A stretch of DNA of 51,856 bases from Alphaproteobacteria bacterium (GCA_005883135.1 VAZM01000070.1:1-51856), one strand, 5' to 3'. Positions 30,444 to 41,509 are shown, counted from the stretch's first letter. Numbers and translations are program-made. The notes: generated from the sequence alone by a model not told the origin.

Positions 30444-31130
30444 ATGGGTCGGGGAAATGACCGGGAGCAAGCGCGCGGCCTGCGCGGCGCCGCAGCGCTG
30501 ATCGGGACTGCCGTTCTGCTGTCCGGCTGCTCGCTCGCTTCGAGCGTGGGCTCGTCCGATGACTCGCCCTCGTTTACTAGCCGGTTCACGAACCTTTTCT
30601 CCAGTGCGATGCCAGGTGTCACTCAGCCGCACTCGCCAACGCCGACGGCGCCCGAAGTCGAATGCCCCGGAGTGGATATTCGCACCGGCGCTTCGACGAT
30701 GAATGTCGCCGCCAAGACCGCCGATGCGACCGCCGGGGATTTGCGCTACCAGCTTTCGTTCGGCCAAACCGCCCGCGAATGCGCGGTGCAGGGCGGCAAC
30801 CTAAGCATCAAGGTGGGCGTTCAGGGGCGCGTCATACTCGGACCGATGGGCGGGCCGGGTCAAGTCGACGTTCCCCTGCGCTATGCGGTCGTACGCGAGG
30901 GACCGCAGCCGAAGACCGTCATCACCAAGTTCAAACGGATTTCGGTCACCGTTCCACCGGCCCAGACACACATTCCATTTGTCGATGTCGAAGAAGGCCT
31001 GACGTTTCCGTTGCCATCGCGGTCGGAACTCGACGCTTACGTCGTTTATGTCGGATTCGACGAAATTGGTGACAAGAACGAGAAGAAAGCGCCGAAGACG
31101 GCGAAAAAGACCACAACACGGCAGCAATAG
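30444..31130 (+). CDS. hypothetical lipoprotein
   Basis: Lipobox LLSGC after a hydrophobic stretch (AALIGTAVLLSGCSLASS). Lys-rich C-terminal tail. Start is ATG 30444 or upstream TTG 30420. Confidence 0.65.
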   Translation: MGRGNDREQARGLRGAAALIGTAVLLSGCSLASSVGSSDDSPSFTSRFTNLFSSAMPGVTQPHSPTPTAPEVECPGVDIRTGASTMNVAAKTADATAGDLRYQLSFGQTARECAVQGGNLSIKVGVQGRVILGPMGGPGQVDVPLRYAVVREGPQPKTVITKFKRISVTVPPAQTHIPFVDVEEGLTFPLPSRSELDAYVVYVGFDEIGDKNEKKAPKTAKKTTTRQQ

Positions 31131-31147
31131 AAGTCCCGCGGTGCTAG

Positions 31148-31801
31148 CTACCACCCGCGGAGCGCAACCACGGCACTCTTTAAATGCCGCAGGTCGGCGA
31201 CAATCATCCGCGCTCCCGCGGATTTGAGCTCCTCGCCGAGCTGGAAGCCGGCATGGCTCGCGCCGACAAAGCCGATCGCCGTCATACCGGCCGCCGTGGC
31301 AGCGGTCACACCAGCCGAAGAGTCCTCGACCACGATGCAGTCGGCCGGGTGCACGCCCATCCGCGCTGCTGCGTGCAGGAATAGATCGGGTGCAGGCTTG
31401 CCATTCGGCACATCGCTTGCGGAAAAGACAAATTTGAAGAACCTCGCCAAAGCTGTCGTCTCCAAGCTGGCTCGGATGCGCTCGGGGGGCGAGGACGATG
31501 CCACACATTTGGGGCCCCGCAGCCAGGTGAGCGCATAGCCTGCATGCGGAATAGCGCGTAGATCGGCCCGCAGCCGCTTCACGGTTGCCGCGGCAACCGT
31601 TGCGCCAAAGTTCGCCGGCAGCTTGCGTTCGCTGAGTGATTCAATCATGGCAAACATGTCGGCGGGGCGGCGCCCGGACAAATAGCGGATCATCACTTCC
31701 GGCGTGACCGCAATCCCCGCGCGCGCGAGCTCACCCGCGGCCACTTCGGCAGCGATCTGTTCGCTATCGACCAGCACACCGTTGCAATCAAAGATGATCA
31801 C
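31148..31801 (-). CDS. HAD superfamily hydrolase (phosphatase / beta-phosphoglucomutase-like)
   Basis: 217 aa with a GTG start. HAD motif I variant [11 protein letters not shown] and motif [10 protein letters not shown]. Confidence 0.85.
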   Translation of the reverse strand: MIIFDCNGVLVDSEQIAAEVAAGELARAGIAVTPEVMIRYLSGRRPADMFAMIESLSERKLPANFGATVAAATVKRLRADLRAIPHAGYALTWLRGPKCVASSSPPERIRASLETTALARFFKFVFSASDVPNGKPAPDLFLHAAARMGVHPADCIVVEDSSAGVTAATAAGMTAIGFVGASHAGFQLGEELKSAGARMIVADLRHLKSAVVALRGW

Positions 31802-31894
31802 GGGAGCCTCTCAGTGCGTGCTGCGAGGGCGCGCGCAGGCCTGAAATGCTGCTCGACGAATCACAGCCTGAGGAAATTAGGAAACGCCGCCGTG

Positions 31895-31920
31895 GCAAAA
31901 GTCGGGCGCTGCAGCGCCCG
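31895..31920 (-). terminator. terminator-like hairpin downstream of the atp operon
   Basis: Perfect 18-nt palindrome CGGGCGCTGCAGCGCCCG (31903-31920), followed on the minus strand by ACTTTTG. Confidence 0.5.
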
Positions 31921-31972
31921 GAAATCGTTTTTGCACAGTTTGTTAATTTGGCCGCCGAGCTGAGAAAAGCAG

Positions 31973-32455
31973 CTAATTCAGCTTGTCCCTGAAATCGGCG
32001 ATGCCTTTGGCCAGAAGGTCGTCCGCGAGCTTGTCCTTGACGCTGCGGCTGAGGATCGTTTCCGCTGCGGCGACCGCGACGTCGGCAGCGGCCGAGCGCA
32101 CGTCAGCCAGCGCCTGAGCTTCGGCCTGGGCGATCTTGTTTTCCGCCATCTTGGTGTGCCGCGCGATGAATTCTTCGATTTTAGCCTCGGCTTCCGCGGC
32201 GAGACGCTCCGCTTCGCCCTTGGCGCTGGCAACAATCGTCTCTGCCTCGCGCTCGGCCTCCTGCTGCCTACGCCGGTAGGTGGCAAGCAGGGCCTCGGCT
32301 TCCGCCTTGAGCCGGCGCGCCTCATCGAGCTCTGACTTGATGCGCTCCCGCCGGTCGTCGATACCCTTGAGCAAGCGGGTATGGGCCCCGACGTAGCCGA
32401 GCACGCCGAGAAAGACGACGAAGGCGACGGCGACCCAAAACTCGGCTTCAAACAT
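31973..32455 (-). CDS. atpF: F0F1 ATP synthase subunit b
   Basis: 160 aa. N-terminal TM helix, then a long Ala/Glu/Arg-rich helix. Confidence 0.9.
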   Translation of the reverse strand: MFEAEFWVAVAFVVFLGVLGYVGAHTRLLKGIDDRRERIKSELDEARRLKAEAEALLATYRRRQQEAEREAETIVASAKGEAERLAAEAEAKIEEFIARHTKMAENKIAQAEAQALADVRSAAADVAVAAAETILSRSVKDKLADDLLAKGIADFRDKLN

Positions 32456-32463
32456 CGAGTTTC

Positions 32464-33027
32464 TCAGCGCTTGATGGCATTGCTGACGGCCTGGCCGACC
32501 TCTTCAGTTGCCGGCGCGATGCCCGTCAGCCGCTCGACAATAGCAGCCGCAGCCTCGCCGGCGATACTGCGCACGTTTGCCAGCGCCGCCGATCGTGTCC
32601 CGGCGATGGCCTTCTCTGCTTCCGTGATACGCGCACGGAGCTTCGCGTCCACTTCCTTGCGACGGGCCTCCGCTGCTGCCGTTGCCTTTGCCCGGGTCTC
32701 GTTGGCGAGCGTTTGCGCCCGCGCGCGCGCTTCCGCCAGTGCCTTCTCGTGGGCCGCAATTGCGGCATCCGATGCGTCCTTGAAGCGCTGCGCCTCGGCA
32801 AGATCGTCTTTGATGCGCTGTCGGCGCGCCTCGAGGATCGATCCGACGCGCGGCAGCGCAATTCGCGACATCAAGAGATACAGCGCAAGGAAGATCAGCG
32901 CCAACCACAGCAGCTGCGAGACGAAAGTCTCGGTATTGAAGGGCGGAAACCCGCGACCGTGCTCGCTTGCGGGAACCTCGACGGATCCGACCGGCTCTGC
33001 ACTATTTTGGGCCATAGCTGTCTCCAT
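32464..33027 (-). CDS. F0F1 ATP synthase subunit b'
   Basis: 187 aa with the same architecture as subunit b. It occupies the b' position in the alphaproteobacterial atpIBEF'F operon. Confidence 0.9.
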   Translation of the reverse strand: METAMAQNSAEPVGSVEVPASEHGRGFPPFNTETFVSQLLWLALIFLALYLLMSRIALPRVGSILEARRQRIKDDLAEAQRFKDASDAAIAAHEKALAEARARAQTLANETRAKATAAAEARRKEVDAKLRARITEAEKAIAGTRSAALANVRSIAGEAAAAIVERLTGIAPATEEVGQAVSNAIKR

Positions 33028-33072
33028 GGGCTGCGCCGCGGTTGGCTACCGCCCACGCGTTCGATGCTGGGG

Positions 33073-33303
33073 TCAGCCGAGGGCAAACAGCAGAAGCAGC
33101 GCAATCAGCAGCGAGAAGATGCCGAGCGCCTCGGTGATGGCGAAGCCGAAAATCAAGTTGGCGAACTGTCCGGCCGCGGCTGAGGGGTTTCGGATCGCCG
33201 CGGCCAAATAGTTGCCGAAGATGATGCCGACGCCGACGCCGGCGCCGCCCATGCCGATGCAGGCAATCCCAGCACCAATGTATTTCGCGGCGGTCGGGTC
33301 CAT
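33073..33303 (-). CDS. atpE: F0F1 ATP synthase subunit c
   Basis: 76 aa from ATG 33303: [33 protein letters not shown]...[10 protein letters not shown]. Confidence 0.95.
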   Translation of the reverse strand: MDPTAAKYIGAGIACIGMGGAGVGVGIIFGNYLAAAIRNPSAAAGQFANLIFGFAITEALGIFSLLIALLLLFALG

Positions 33304-33343
33304 GAGGAAGCTCCTGTTCGAGGGTTGTTTGACGGATCGGTAT

Positions 33344-34090
33344 TCAATGGCCAGGATGAACCGCATCGTTGAGGTAGATGCAAGTCAGAATGGCGAAGAC
33401 GTAGGCCTGCAATAAAGCGACCAGCAGCTCGAGTGCCGTGAGCACCGTCGTCAGCGCCAGCGGCAAGGCGGCGCCAAGCCAGCCTAGAAGTCCAAGACCA
33501 CCGAGCATAACCACGAACCCGCCGAACACCTTCAAGGTGATGTGACCGGCCAGCATGTTCGCGAACAGCCGCACACTATGGGACACCGGCCGTGAAAAGA
33601 ATGACATCACCTCGATCGCGGTCACCAGCGGCAGGATGTAGATGGGTATCCCGCTTGGCACGAAAAGTTTGAGGAAGCGCAATCCGTGCCGCCAAAAGCC
33701 GTAGATTACGACCGTGAGGAAGACCAGCAGCGCGAACGCAACGGTAATGATAATGTGGCTCGTCACCGTGAAGGCGTATGGGATAATACCTATCACGTTA
33801 AGCACCAGAATGAAGACGAAGATCGAGAACACCAGCGGGAAGAATTTCATGCCTTCCTGGCCGGCAGAGCTTCGTAGTGTATCTGCGACGAATTCGTAAA
33901 CCATTTCAGCCGTCGCCTGCAGCCTTCCGGGGACAAGGGCGCGCGAACGGGTCGCGCCGAGCATCAGCGCAAGGATCAGAGCCAGCGCGATCAGCATGAA
34001 CAGCGCGGAATTAGTGAAGGCAATCTCGGTGCCGCCGATGCGAATGATCGGAAGCAGGTTTTTGATCTCGAACTGGTGAATGGGATCCAT
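33344..34090 (-). CDS. atpB: F0F1 ATP synthase subunit a
   Basis: 248 aa. Conserved [10 protein letters not shown] block. Confidence 0.95.
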   Translation of the reverse strand: MDPIHQFEIKNLLPIIRIGGTEIAFTNSALFMLIALALILALMLGATRSRALVPGRLQATAEMVYEFVADTLRSSAGQEGMKFFPLVFSIFVFILVLNVIGIIPYAFTVTSHIIITVAFALLVFLTVVIYGFWRHGLRFLKLFVPSGIPIYILPLVTAIEVMSFFSRPVSHSVRLFANMLAGHITLKVFGGFVVMLGGLGLLGWLGAALPLALTTVLTALELLVALLQAYVFAILTCIYLNDAVHPGH

Positions 34091-34149
34091 GCGGGATCAA
34101 GTCCTCGGTGCCGCGCCGCTGTAGGGGGACTCAGGGCGCGCGGCGGTGT

Positions 34150-34515
34150 TCATCGTTTCCGGTCCAATGGGCCGCTCGGAGCCACGCCCGCAGCCCGCAT
34201 CACGTTGAGCACGCCGGCGGCGAAGCCGAGGAGCAGAAACACGATCATTCCCCAGGGTGAAATTCCTAGTAAGTAATCGAGCCCCCAGCCGAACGCCGCG
34301 CCGACTAAAACCCCGGCGACGAGCTCGGTCGAGAGCCGAAACCCGCGGGCCATCGCTGACGGGTCGGAGGCCGCAGGCTGATCCGTGCTCTCGGCAGGAC
34401 GCCCAGGTTGGACGCGGCCGAGTTGCTCGCCCAGACGCCTAAGCCTTGCGGAGAGCGCCGCCTCGTCGGCCAGAGGTCGTTCGCCATCACCTTTTTCGCG
34501 TGCGTCGTCGGCCAT
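34150..34515 (-). CDS. atpI: AtpI/AtpZ-like ATP synthase protein I
   Basis: 121 aa from ATG 34515 (MADDAREKG) with two C-terminal TM helices. It lies directly upstream of atpB. The track ORF extends to 34698. Confidence 0.75.
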   Translation of the reverse strand: MADDAREKGDGERPLADEAALSARLRRLGEQLGRVQPGRPAESTDQPAASDPSAMARGFRLSTELVAGVLVGAAFGWGLDYLLGISPWGMIVFLLLGFAAGVLNVMRAAGVAPSGPLDRKR

Positions 34516-34789
34516 GCTTTCGACACCCGCGCTGATTTCGGCAAGATCAATTCCGCCCCCCAAGCCGCGCGGACCATACTGATTGGGTTTATGCGAGTCA
34601 AGAATTGCGCCTTGGGCTAAGTAACTGAAAAACAAATGGAAGAGCACGCCTGGGCGAGCGTGGAACTGGTGCTGTGAGGTGATGGGCGGCGGGGACAAAG
34701 AGCCTTTGGGTCAGCACTCGGCCGGTGTTGGCTTGAAGTGCCCGTGGCGCCATTGCATCGTCTCGTACGACCAACCAAGGAGCGACCGC

Positions 34790-35254
34790 ATGATCCGCAC
34801 GGGTGCATTCATCGTCGCCGGACTGGCTCTCGCGGTACCGTCCATGGCTTGGGGGCAAACCGCCGCGCCCCAGAGCGACGACAAGCGATACACGTTCAAC
34901 CGCGTCGATGAGGGGTACCTGCGGCTTGACGGCCGCACCGGCCAAGTATCGATCTGCGCGCAGCGGCCGGCGGGGTGGGCATGCCAAGCCGTGCCTGACG
35001 AGCGTGCCGCGCTCGAGACCGAGATTGCGCGCCTTCAGGCCGAAGCGGTCAAAAAAGAGCTGATCGCACGCAATTTGCCGCTGCCTGGCACCGTCAAGCC
35101 GGATGCGCCGGCTGCCAATCCCGACGAGCCTCGCCTGCAGTTGCCCAATGACGCCGATCTCAACAAGGTCATGAATTTCGTCGAGAAGGTCTGGCGCCGA
35201 CTGCTCGACATGATCGCGACGGTACATAAGGACGTGCTGAAGAAGCAGTCATGA
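34790..35254 (+). CDS. hypothetical periplasmic protein
   Basis: ATG 34790 with AAGGAG 7 nt upstream. Signal peptide MIRTGAFIVAGLALAVPSMAWG. Cys pair and a coiled-coil-like segment. Confidence 0.6.
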   Translation: MIRTGAFIVAGLALAVPSMAWGQTAAPQSDDKRYTFNRVDEGYLRLDGRTGQVSICAQRPAGWACQAVPDERAALETEIARLQAEAVKKELIARNLPLPGTVKPDAPAANPDEPRLQLPNDADLNKVMNFVEKVWRRLLDMIATVHKDVLKKQS

Positions 35255-35273
35255 ACTCCACGGGGCCGAGCTT

Positions 35274-35735
35274 ATGAGCGGCTCGTTGTCTCGTATCGAC
35301 AGTTTCGCGCCCGAGATGATTGCGACCGCGACCCTCGTGGTCGACAGCACCGGACGCTCCTTTACCGAGATCACGGGCGAAGCCATGCGCTTTGTCTCCG
35401 AGAGCAGGGCCAAAGACGGCGCGTTGTTCCTTTTTCTTCGGCATACGTCGGCCTCTCTGGTCGTCCAGGAAAATGCGGATCCTGACGTGCGCAGCGACCT
35501 TGTAAGCGCACTCGACCGACTTGCACCGGCCGATGCCCCTTGGGTTCACGCCGTCGAGGGGCCTGACGACATGCCGGCGCACGTGAAGACGATGCTCACG
35601 GGCGTCTCGCTGCACATCCCGGTAATCGGCGGTGTGCTTGCGCTCGGCACCTGGCAAGGCATCTTTATCGCTGAACATCGCGCGCGGCCCCACCGGCGCG
35701 AACTCGTGCTGCAGTTCATCGGCAGCAGGCGGTAA
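35274..35735 (+). CDS. yjbQ: YjbQ/UPF0047 family protein (secondary thiamine-phosphate synthase)
   Basis: 153 aa. HTSASLVVQENADPDVRSDL ... DDMPAHVKTML ... GTWQGIF blocks. Confidence 0.85.
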   Translation: MSGSLSRIDSFAPEMIATATLVVDSTGRSFTEITGEAMRFVSESRAKDGALFLFLRHTSASLVVQENADPDVRSDLVSALDRLAPADAPWVHAVEGPDDMPAHVKTMLTGVSLHIPVIGGVLALGTWQGIFIAEHRARPHRRELVLQFIGSRR

Positions 35736-35872
35736 TCGCCTTATACTTGCCGGCAAGAATCGTATCGAGCCACCGGCAGCAGCTCGCTAAGGACGATCTT
35801 AGGATTGTGCTAGAGTGGTGGACCGGCGACGTGCGAGCTCAGAACTCAGAGGTCGAGCGGGAGACGGGGCGG

Positions 35873-36544
35873 ATGGCTGATCCGATACGGTTGATCATCG
35901 CGGATGACCATCCCCTGTTTCGCGGCGCCCTGCGCGAGGCAGTCTCAGGTCTGTTCGAGGATCTTGATATTGCTGAGGCGGGTTCTTTCGAGGATTTAGC
36001 GAAGCTGCTCGAGCGCGGCGCCGACGTCGATCTGATCCTGCTCGATTTGACCATGCCGGGCGTGCGCGGGTTCTCCGGCCTTATGTATCTGCGCGCGCAG
36101 TATCCGAGCGTGCCGATCATCGTGGTCTCGGCCAATGACGATCCCGGGGTAATTCGCCGCTGTATGGATTTCGGGGCGTCGGGCTTCATCCCGAAGACCC
36201 TCGGCATCGAGACCATGCGAGGCGCGATTACCCGCGTGTTCCAGGGCGGCGTTTGGACTCCGCCCGAGGTCGACCTCGGTGCTGGCGCGGATACCGAGAC
36301 CGCCGACCTGTTGACGCGACTTACCTCTTTGACGCCGCAGCAGGTACGGGTATTGATGATGTTGTCGGAGGGCCTGCTCAACAAACAGATTGCCTATGAG
36401 CTTGGCGTCTCCGAAGCGACCGTCAAGGCCCATGTATCAGCAATTCTGCAAAAGCTTGGGGTCGAGAGCCGCACGCAAGCGGTGATCGCGGCCTCCAAAA
36501 TCGAGCTCGGCCAGTGGCCGCAGACGGTCGCCGCCGAGCATTGA
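35873..36544 (+). CDS. LuxR/NarL-family response regulator (CrbR-like)
   Basis: ATG 35873 (MADPIRLIIADDHPLFR). Receiver domain (DLILLDLTMPG) plus LuxR HTH (LNKQIAYELGVSEATVKAHVSAILQKLGV). Confidence 0.9.
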   Translation: MADPIRLIIADDHPLFRGALREAVSGLFEDLDIAEAGSFEDLAKLLERGADVDLILLDLTMPGVRGFSGLMYLRAQYPSVPIIVVSANDDPGVIRRCMDFGASGFIPKTLGIETMRGAITRVFQGGVWTPPEVDLGAGADTETADLLTRLTSLTPQQVRVLMMLSEGLLNKQIAYELGVSEATVKAHVSAILQKLGVESRTQAVIAASKIELGQWPQTVAAEH

Positions 36545-36563
36545 TTTCGGTTGGGCGCTGCTC

Positions 36564-37748
36564 TCATTCCGCCGCCGCGAGTCGCTGCATACGCCATTGC
36601 GTCAATAGTGCGCGTAATGCCGCCGGCTTGAGCGGTTTGTGCAGCAGCTGGATGCCTTGCGCGCGCGCATCGGCGCGGACGTGCGGGCTGCGGTCGGCAG
36701 TGATGAGGATGGCCGGGAGGTCGGAGCCGAAACGGCACCGTAGCTCCGCAATCGCAGCGATGCCGTTTCCGTCGTCGAGGTGGTAATCCACCAACAGTCC
36801 ATCAGGCGCCATCTGCGCCTCTGCCACCAGCGCGACTGCCGCCTCGACATGCGGAGCCTTGAGCACGCGACAGCCCCAGCCCTCGAGCAGCGTTTGCATT
36901 CCATCGAGAATTGCCGGTTCGTTGTCCATGCACAAAACAGCGATGCCTGCGAGCTGCACCCGATCGATGTCGCGCGCCACGGCTTGCTGCCGGCGCGGAG
37001 GTACCACGGCCGAAAGCGGTACCTCCGCCGAAAAGCGCGATCCGCGACCGAGCGTCGAGCTAACGGTGATGTTGTAATCGAGAACACGTGCGATGCGCTC
37101 GACAATCGAAAGGCCGAGTCCCAAGCCGCGCGCCGCCTTCGCCCCCTGGTCCAGCCGATGAAATTCCTGAAAAATCGCCTGCTTCTTCGAAGCCGGGATG
37201 CCAAGGCCGGTATCGTAGATATCAACGCGCAGTCGTCCTTTATAGCGCCGGCAGCCCACAAGCACGCGCCCCTGGGGCGTGTATTTGACGGCATTGGAGA
37301 CAAGGTTCTGCAGCAGCCGCCGCAACAAACGCCGGTCGGATCGGACCGCGAGCGAGCAGGGTATGAACTTCAGCCGGAGTCCCTTCTCCTGCGCCAGCGG
37401 CGTGAACTCCACCTCGAGTTGCCGCAACAGCTCGTCGATGCGAAAGTCGCTGATCTCCGGCTTCATCGCCCCGGTATCAAGCCGAGAGATGTCGAGCAGC
37501 GCCCCGAATATCTCTTCGACCGCATCGAGCGAGGCGTCGATGTTGGTGATGAGCTGGGCGTCGTCACGGCCGCGTTGCCGCTCGACGAGACTGGTGACGT
37601 AGAGGCGCGCCGCGTTGAGCGGCTGCAGGATGTCGTGGCTCGCGGCGGCGAGAAAGCGAGTCTTGGATATATTGGCCTGCTCGGCCTCCCCCTTGGCACG
37701 GCCGAGTTCGGTATTGAGGCGGGTCAATTCCTCGGTGCGCTCCTGCAC
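36564..37748 (-). CDS. C-terminal part (HisKA-HATPase-receiver) of a CrbS/CbrA-like hybrid sensor kinase; separated from its N-terminal part by a frame break
   Basis: H-box AASHDILQPLN, ATPase blocks (NAVKYT, DTGLGI, GLGLSIV) and a receiver domain (LLVDYHLDDGNG). The ORF begins at an internal GTG that overlaps the upstream ORF by 25 nt. Confidence 0.85.
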   Translation of the reverse strand: MQERTEELTRLNTELGRAKGEAEQANISKTRFLAAASHDILQPLNAARLYVTSLVERQRGRDDAQLITNIDASLDAVEEIFGALLDISRLDTGAMKPEISDFRIDELLRQLEVEFTPLAQEKGLRLKFIPCSLAVRSDRRLLRRLLQNLVSNAVKYTPQGRVLVGCRRYKGRLRVDIYDTGLGIPASKKQAIFQEFHRLDQGAKAARGLGLGLSIVERIARVLDYNITVSSTLGRGSRFSAEVPLSAVVPPRRQQAVARDIDRVQLAGIAVLCMDNEPAILDGMQTLLEGWGCRVLKAPHVEAAVALVAEAQMAPDGLLVDYHLDDGNGIAAIAELRCRFGSDLPAILITADRSPHVRADARAQGIQLLHKPLKPAALRALLTQWRMQRLAAAE

Positions 37749-40063
37749 CCGCCGTCGAGATCCTCCGCCGCCTTCACGCTCGGGGTGATGTCGGTGAAGG
37801 TCGTGACGATGCCGCCATCGGGCATCGGATTGGCGCGCACCTCCATGACTAGATCGCGCTCGGCAAAGCGCTCCAGAAACGGCTCGCTGCTGGCGATATA
37901 ACGTCCGAGCCGTTCGCGCACGAGCGCATCAGTCATATCCTTGTCGGAGGTGCTTTGCTCGGCATGGAAGCGCAGGATGTGATCGAGGGCAGTGCCCACT
38001 CTGGTGAGTTGCGGCGGCAGTGCCAGGATTTCGCCGAATTGGCGGTTCCAGCAGATAAGATGCAGCTCCTTGTCGAACACCGCGATGCCTTGGCGCACAT
38101 GGTCAAGGGCGGTTTGTAAGATCTCGCGGTTGTAATGAATGGCGGCGTTGGCGTCGTCGAGGAGCTTGAGCGCCGCTTTCCTCGATACCGTGCGCTTGCG
38201 CAGTAGAAGCGAGAGTACGAGCCGGGATGATGCTGCGCCGATCGCCGATGCGAGAAGATGCTCGGCATAGCGCAGGAGCTGGAAGTCGGCCTCGCCTTTC
38301 GGATCAATGCTGATACCGCGCGTCAAGGCATAGCTGTCGAATGAGCTGCGCGTGCGCTCCTCGCCAAGGTAGCGCGACACGGTGGCGGCCAATTCCTCGA
38401 CAGTCACCGAGGAGCGCCATAACCGGAAGCTCGGTGCGACGATCGGCGTCAAGTCGGAAGGAACGAACAGGTCGGCCTGCAGTCGCTCGATTGAGCTCGG
38501 CGAGCGTCCGAGCGAGAACACCACATAGGCAAGGACGTTGAGCGAAAGGCTCCAGATCACGCCTTGGGCGAGTGGTGGCAGATCGAGTCCGATAAGCGCC
38601 TGCGGGCGCAACAGTGCGATTCCCCAAGGGCCTTGCGAGAGCAGGCTCTGATCCAAGAGGCCGACGCCTGCCAGAGTGGGTAGCAGCAGCGTATAGGCCC
38701 AGGTCACGATTCCGACCGTCATCCCGGCCAATGCGCCGCGGGCGGTGGCGCGCCGCCAGATGAGCCCGCCGAAGAAAGCTGGCGCAAGCTGCGCAACCGC
38801 CGCAAACGACAATAGGCCGATCGAGGCGAGCTGCGCATCGCCGGCCAATCGGTAGTATACGTAGGCAAGAAACAAGATGACGAAGATCGCCATCCGCCGC
38901 ACGGCGAGCAGCAAGCCGCCGACATTGCGGCCGGCAATCAGTTCCTCGCGCCGCTGCAGTACGAGCGGCATCAAGATGTCATTGGATACCATGATCGCCA
39001 GCGCGACCGATTCCACGATCACCATCGCCGTTGCCGCCGAGAGCCCGCCGACAAACGCTGCGATCGTAAACAGATTGGAGTGGGCGGCGAGCGGCAAAGC
39101 CAGCACGAACATGTCGCTGTCGACGTGTCCGGGGCTGAACGTCAGCAGTCCGGCCAATGCGATCGGCACGACGAACAGATTGATCAGGACCAGATAGAGC
39201 GGAAACAACCAAGAGGCGCGCCTGATCTCACCCTCGTTGTTGTTCTCGACCACGGTGACGTGGAACTGTCGCGGCAGCAATATGATCGCAAACAGCGAAA
39301 GCAGCGTCATAGCGAGTATCGTGCCAGGCACCGGTTCGCGCGTAAGCACCGCCGCCGTGTTCGGCCGCTCCAGGGCTTGAGCAAACAGCGAGAGCGGTCC
39401 GTCAAACAGCCAGAAAGTGACGAATACGCCGACACCGACGAAAGCAATCAGCTTGACGATCGATTCGGTTGCGATCGCCAGCATCAGTCCATCCTGATGT
39501 TCGGTGGCGTCGATATGCCGTGTGCCGAATAGGACCGCGAAGATCGCCATTGCTACGGCGACGTAGAGGGCGATATCGCCCAATACCGGCTGCATCGCTC
39601 CGGTCGCGGGTCCGATGGGCGCGAGGATGGTGGTCAGCGAGGCCGAGACCGCCTTGAGCTGAAGCGCGATGTACGGAATCGTGCCGATGATCGCGATGAG
39701 CGCCACCGCCGCTGCGACGGTTTGGGCTTTGCCGTAGCGGGCGGCGATGAAGTCGGCGATCGAGGTGATGTTCTGTGCCTTCGCCAGCCGCACGATGCGC
39801 ATAACCAGCGGCGAGCACAGTCCGATCAGAAGGATCGGCCCGACGTAAATCGTCAAAAAATCGAAGCCGGTGCGCGAGGCGAGTCCGACCGAGCCGAAGA
39901 ACGTCCAAGAGGTGCAATAGATCGCGAGTGACAGCGGGTAAATGAAATGCCGCCAGCGGCCCTCGCGGCCAAATCGCCGAGTCCGGTCCCCATAGCTTGC
40001 GACCACGAACAGGAGGCCGATGTACCCGAGCGCAACGGCAATGACGGTCCAGCCTTGCAGCAT
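37724..40063 (-). CDS. N-terminal part (sodium:solute symporter-family domain + PAS) of the same hybrid sensor kinase
   Basis: 779-aa ORF with about a dozen hydrophobic segments typical of SSF/SLC5 transporters, then a PAS-like region (IAVFDKELHLICWNRQF...GGIVTTFTDITPS). It ends in out-of-frame residues GGCRSAPRN. Confidence 0.85.
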   Translation of the reverse strand: MLQGWTVIAVALGYIGLLFVVASYGDRTRRFGREGRWRHFIYPLSLAIYCTSWTFFGSVGLASRTGFDFLTIYVGPILLIGLCSPLVMRIVRLAKAQNITSIADFIAARYGKAQTVAAAVALIAIIGTIPYIALQLKAVSASLTTILAPIGPATGAMQPVLGDIALYVAVAMAIFAVLFGTRHIDATEHQDGLMLAIATESIVKLIAFVGVGVFVTFWLFDGPLSLFAQALERPNTAAVLTREPVPGTILAMTLLSLFAIILLPRQFHVTVVENNNEGEIRRASWLFPLYLVLINLFVVPIALAGLLTFSPGHVDSDMFVLALPLAAHSNLFTIAAFVGGLSAATAMVIVESVALAIMVSNDILMPLVLQRREELIAGRNVGGLLLAVRRMAIFVILFLAYVYYRLAGDAQLASIGLLSFAAVAQLAPAFFGGLIWRRATARGALAGMTVGIVTWAYTLLLPTLAGVGLLDQSLLSQGPWGIALLRPQALIGLDLPPLAQGVIWSLSLNVLAYVVFSLGRSPSSIERLQADLFVPSDLTPIVAPSFRLWRSSVTVEELAATVSRYLGEERTRSSFDSYALTRGISIDPKGEADFQLLRYAEHLLASAIGAASSRLVLSLLLRKRTVSRKAALKLLDDANAAIHYNREILQTALDHVRQGIAVFDKELHLICWNRQFGEILALPPQLTRVGTALDHILRFHAEQSTSDKDMTDALVRERLGRYIASSEPFLERFAERDLVMEVRANPMPDGGIVTTFTDITPSVKAAEDLDGGCRSAPRN

Positions 40064-40248
40064 AATCGTTCGCAGTTCGTGGGCCCAGCCGACGATTGCA
40101 TTCTATCGCATGACGCAACGAGCGAGAATATCGCTGCCCCGGGCCGGCCTGGCGGGGGCGAGAGTTACCGCGACCAGCCCATGCGCCAGCGCGGGAACCC
40201 GCATTCGCGAGCGTATGCCGCCTCCTTCGAATTCGGCTGCGCTTGAGG

Positions 40249-41478
40249 TTACTCCGCCGCCAGCACGCGGCTTTTGAGCGGCAACTTGAGCCGCTCCCAT
40301 ACCTCGAGCAGCGCCTCGGCCAACGCGTAGATCAGTGCGTCTTCGTGATAAGGCGTCGGTGTGATGCGCAGCCGCTCCGTTCCCTTTGCAACGGTCGGGT
40401 AGTTGATCGGCTGAATGTAAATTCCATGCTCCGTGAGCAGCAGATCGGTGGCGCGCTTGCATTTCTCGGGGTCGCCCACGAACAGCGGCACGATGTGGGT
40501 ATCGTTCGGCATGACGGGCAGGCCGGCGGCGTTGAGCACCGCCTTCACCCGCGCGGAGCGCTCCTGATGGCGCTCGCGCTCGAAGCTCGAGGATTTCAGG
40601 TGGCGAATGGCGGCCGTTGCCGCGGCGCAGATCGGCGGCGGAAGGGCCGTGGTGAAGATGAAACCTGGCGCGTAGCTGCGCACTGCGTCGCACAGGGTCG
40701 CGCTTGCGGCGATGTAGCCGCCGAGACAGCCGAAGGCCTTGGCAAGCGTGCCTTCGATCACGTCGATGCGAGCCATTGCGCCCTGGTGCTCCGCTTGCCC
40801 GCCGCCGCGCGAACCGTACATGCCGACCGCGTGGACCTCGTCGGCGTAGGTCATCGCGCCATAACGCTCGGCGAGGTCGCAGATGCGGTTGATCGGCGCC
40901 ACGTCCCCATCCATGGAATAGAGCGTTTCGAACACGATGAGCTTCGGCCGGGTTGGATCGGCGGTCCGCAACAATTCCTCCAGATGCGCGACGTCGTTGT
41001 GGCGGAATATCTGTTTTTCGCACTTCGACTGGCGTACGCCCTCGATCATGGAGTTGTGGTTCGATGCGTCGGACAGAATGAGGCAGTTCGGCATCAGCCT
41101 GGCTATGGTCGAGATGCCGGTCTCATTGGACACATAGCCCGAGGTGAAGACGAGCGCCGCCTCCTTGCGATGCAAGTCGGCGAGTTCGCGCTCGAGATCG
41201 ACCAGCGGGTGATTGGTACCGGCGATATTGCGGGTTCCGCCCGCGCCGGTGCCCATGCGGGTCGCCGTTTCGACCATCGCGCCGATCACCTTGGGATGTT
41301 GCCCCATTCCGAGGTAATCGTTCGAACACCACACGATGACGTCGCGCGGTCCTTGCGGGGAATGCCAGATCGCACGCGGGAAGCGGCCGGCCAGTCGCTC
41401 GAGATCGGCAAACACCCGGTAGCGGCGCTCGTCCCTGAGACGGGCCAGGGCATCTGCGAAATGCGCCTCGTAGTTCAT
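40249..41478 (-). CDS. hemA: 5-aminolevulinate synthase
   Basis: 409 aa. [24 protein letters not shown]-lysine region GTLAKAFG. Confidence 0.95.
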   Translation of the reverse strand: MNYEAHFADALARLRDERRYRVFADLERLAGRFPRAIWHSPQGPRDVIVWCSNDYLGMGQHPKVIGAMVETATRMGTGAGGTRNIAGTNHPLVDLERELADLHRKEAALVFTSGYVSNETGISTIARLMPNCLILSDASNHNSMIEGVRQSKCEKQIFRHNDVAHLEELLRTADPTRPKLIVFETLYSMDGDVAPINRICDLAERYGAMTYADEVHAVGMYGSRGGGQAEHQGAMARIDVIEGTLAKAFGCLGGYIAASATLCDAVRSYAPGFIFTTALPPPICAAATAAIRHLKSSSFERERHQERSARVKAVLNAAGLPVMPNDTHIVPLFVGDPEKCKRATDLLLTEHGIYIQPINYPTVAKGTERLRITPTPYHEDALIYALAEALLEVWERLKLPLKSRVLAAE

Positions 41479-41509
41479 GAATCGCGTCGCTCCGGGCAGG
41501 GGTCATCTT

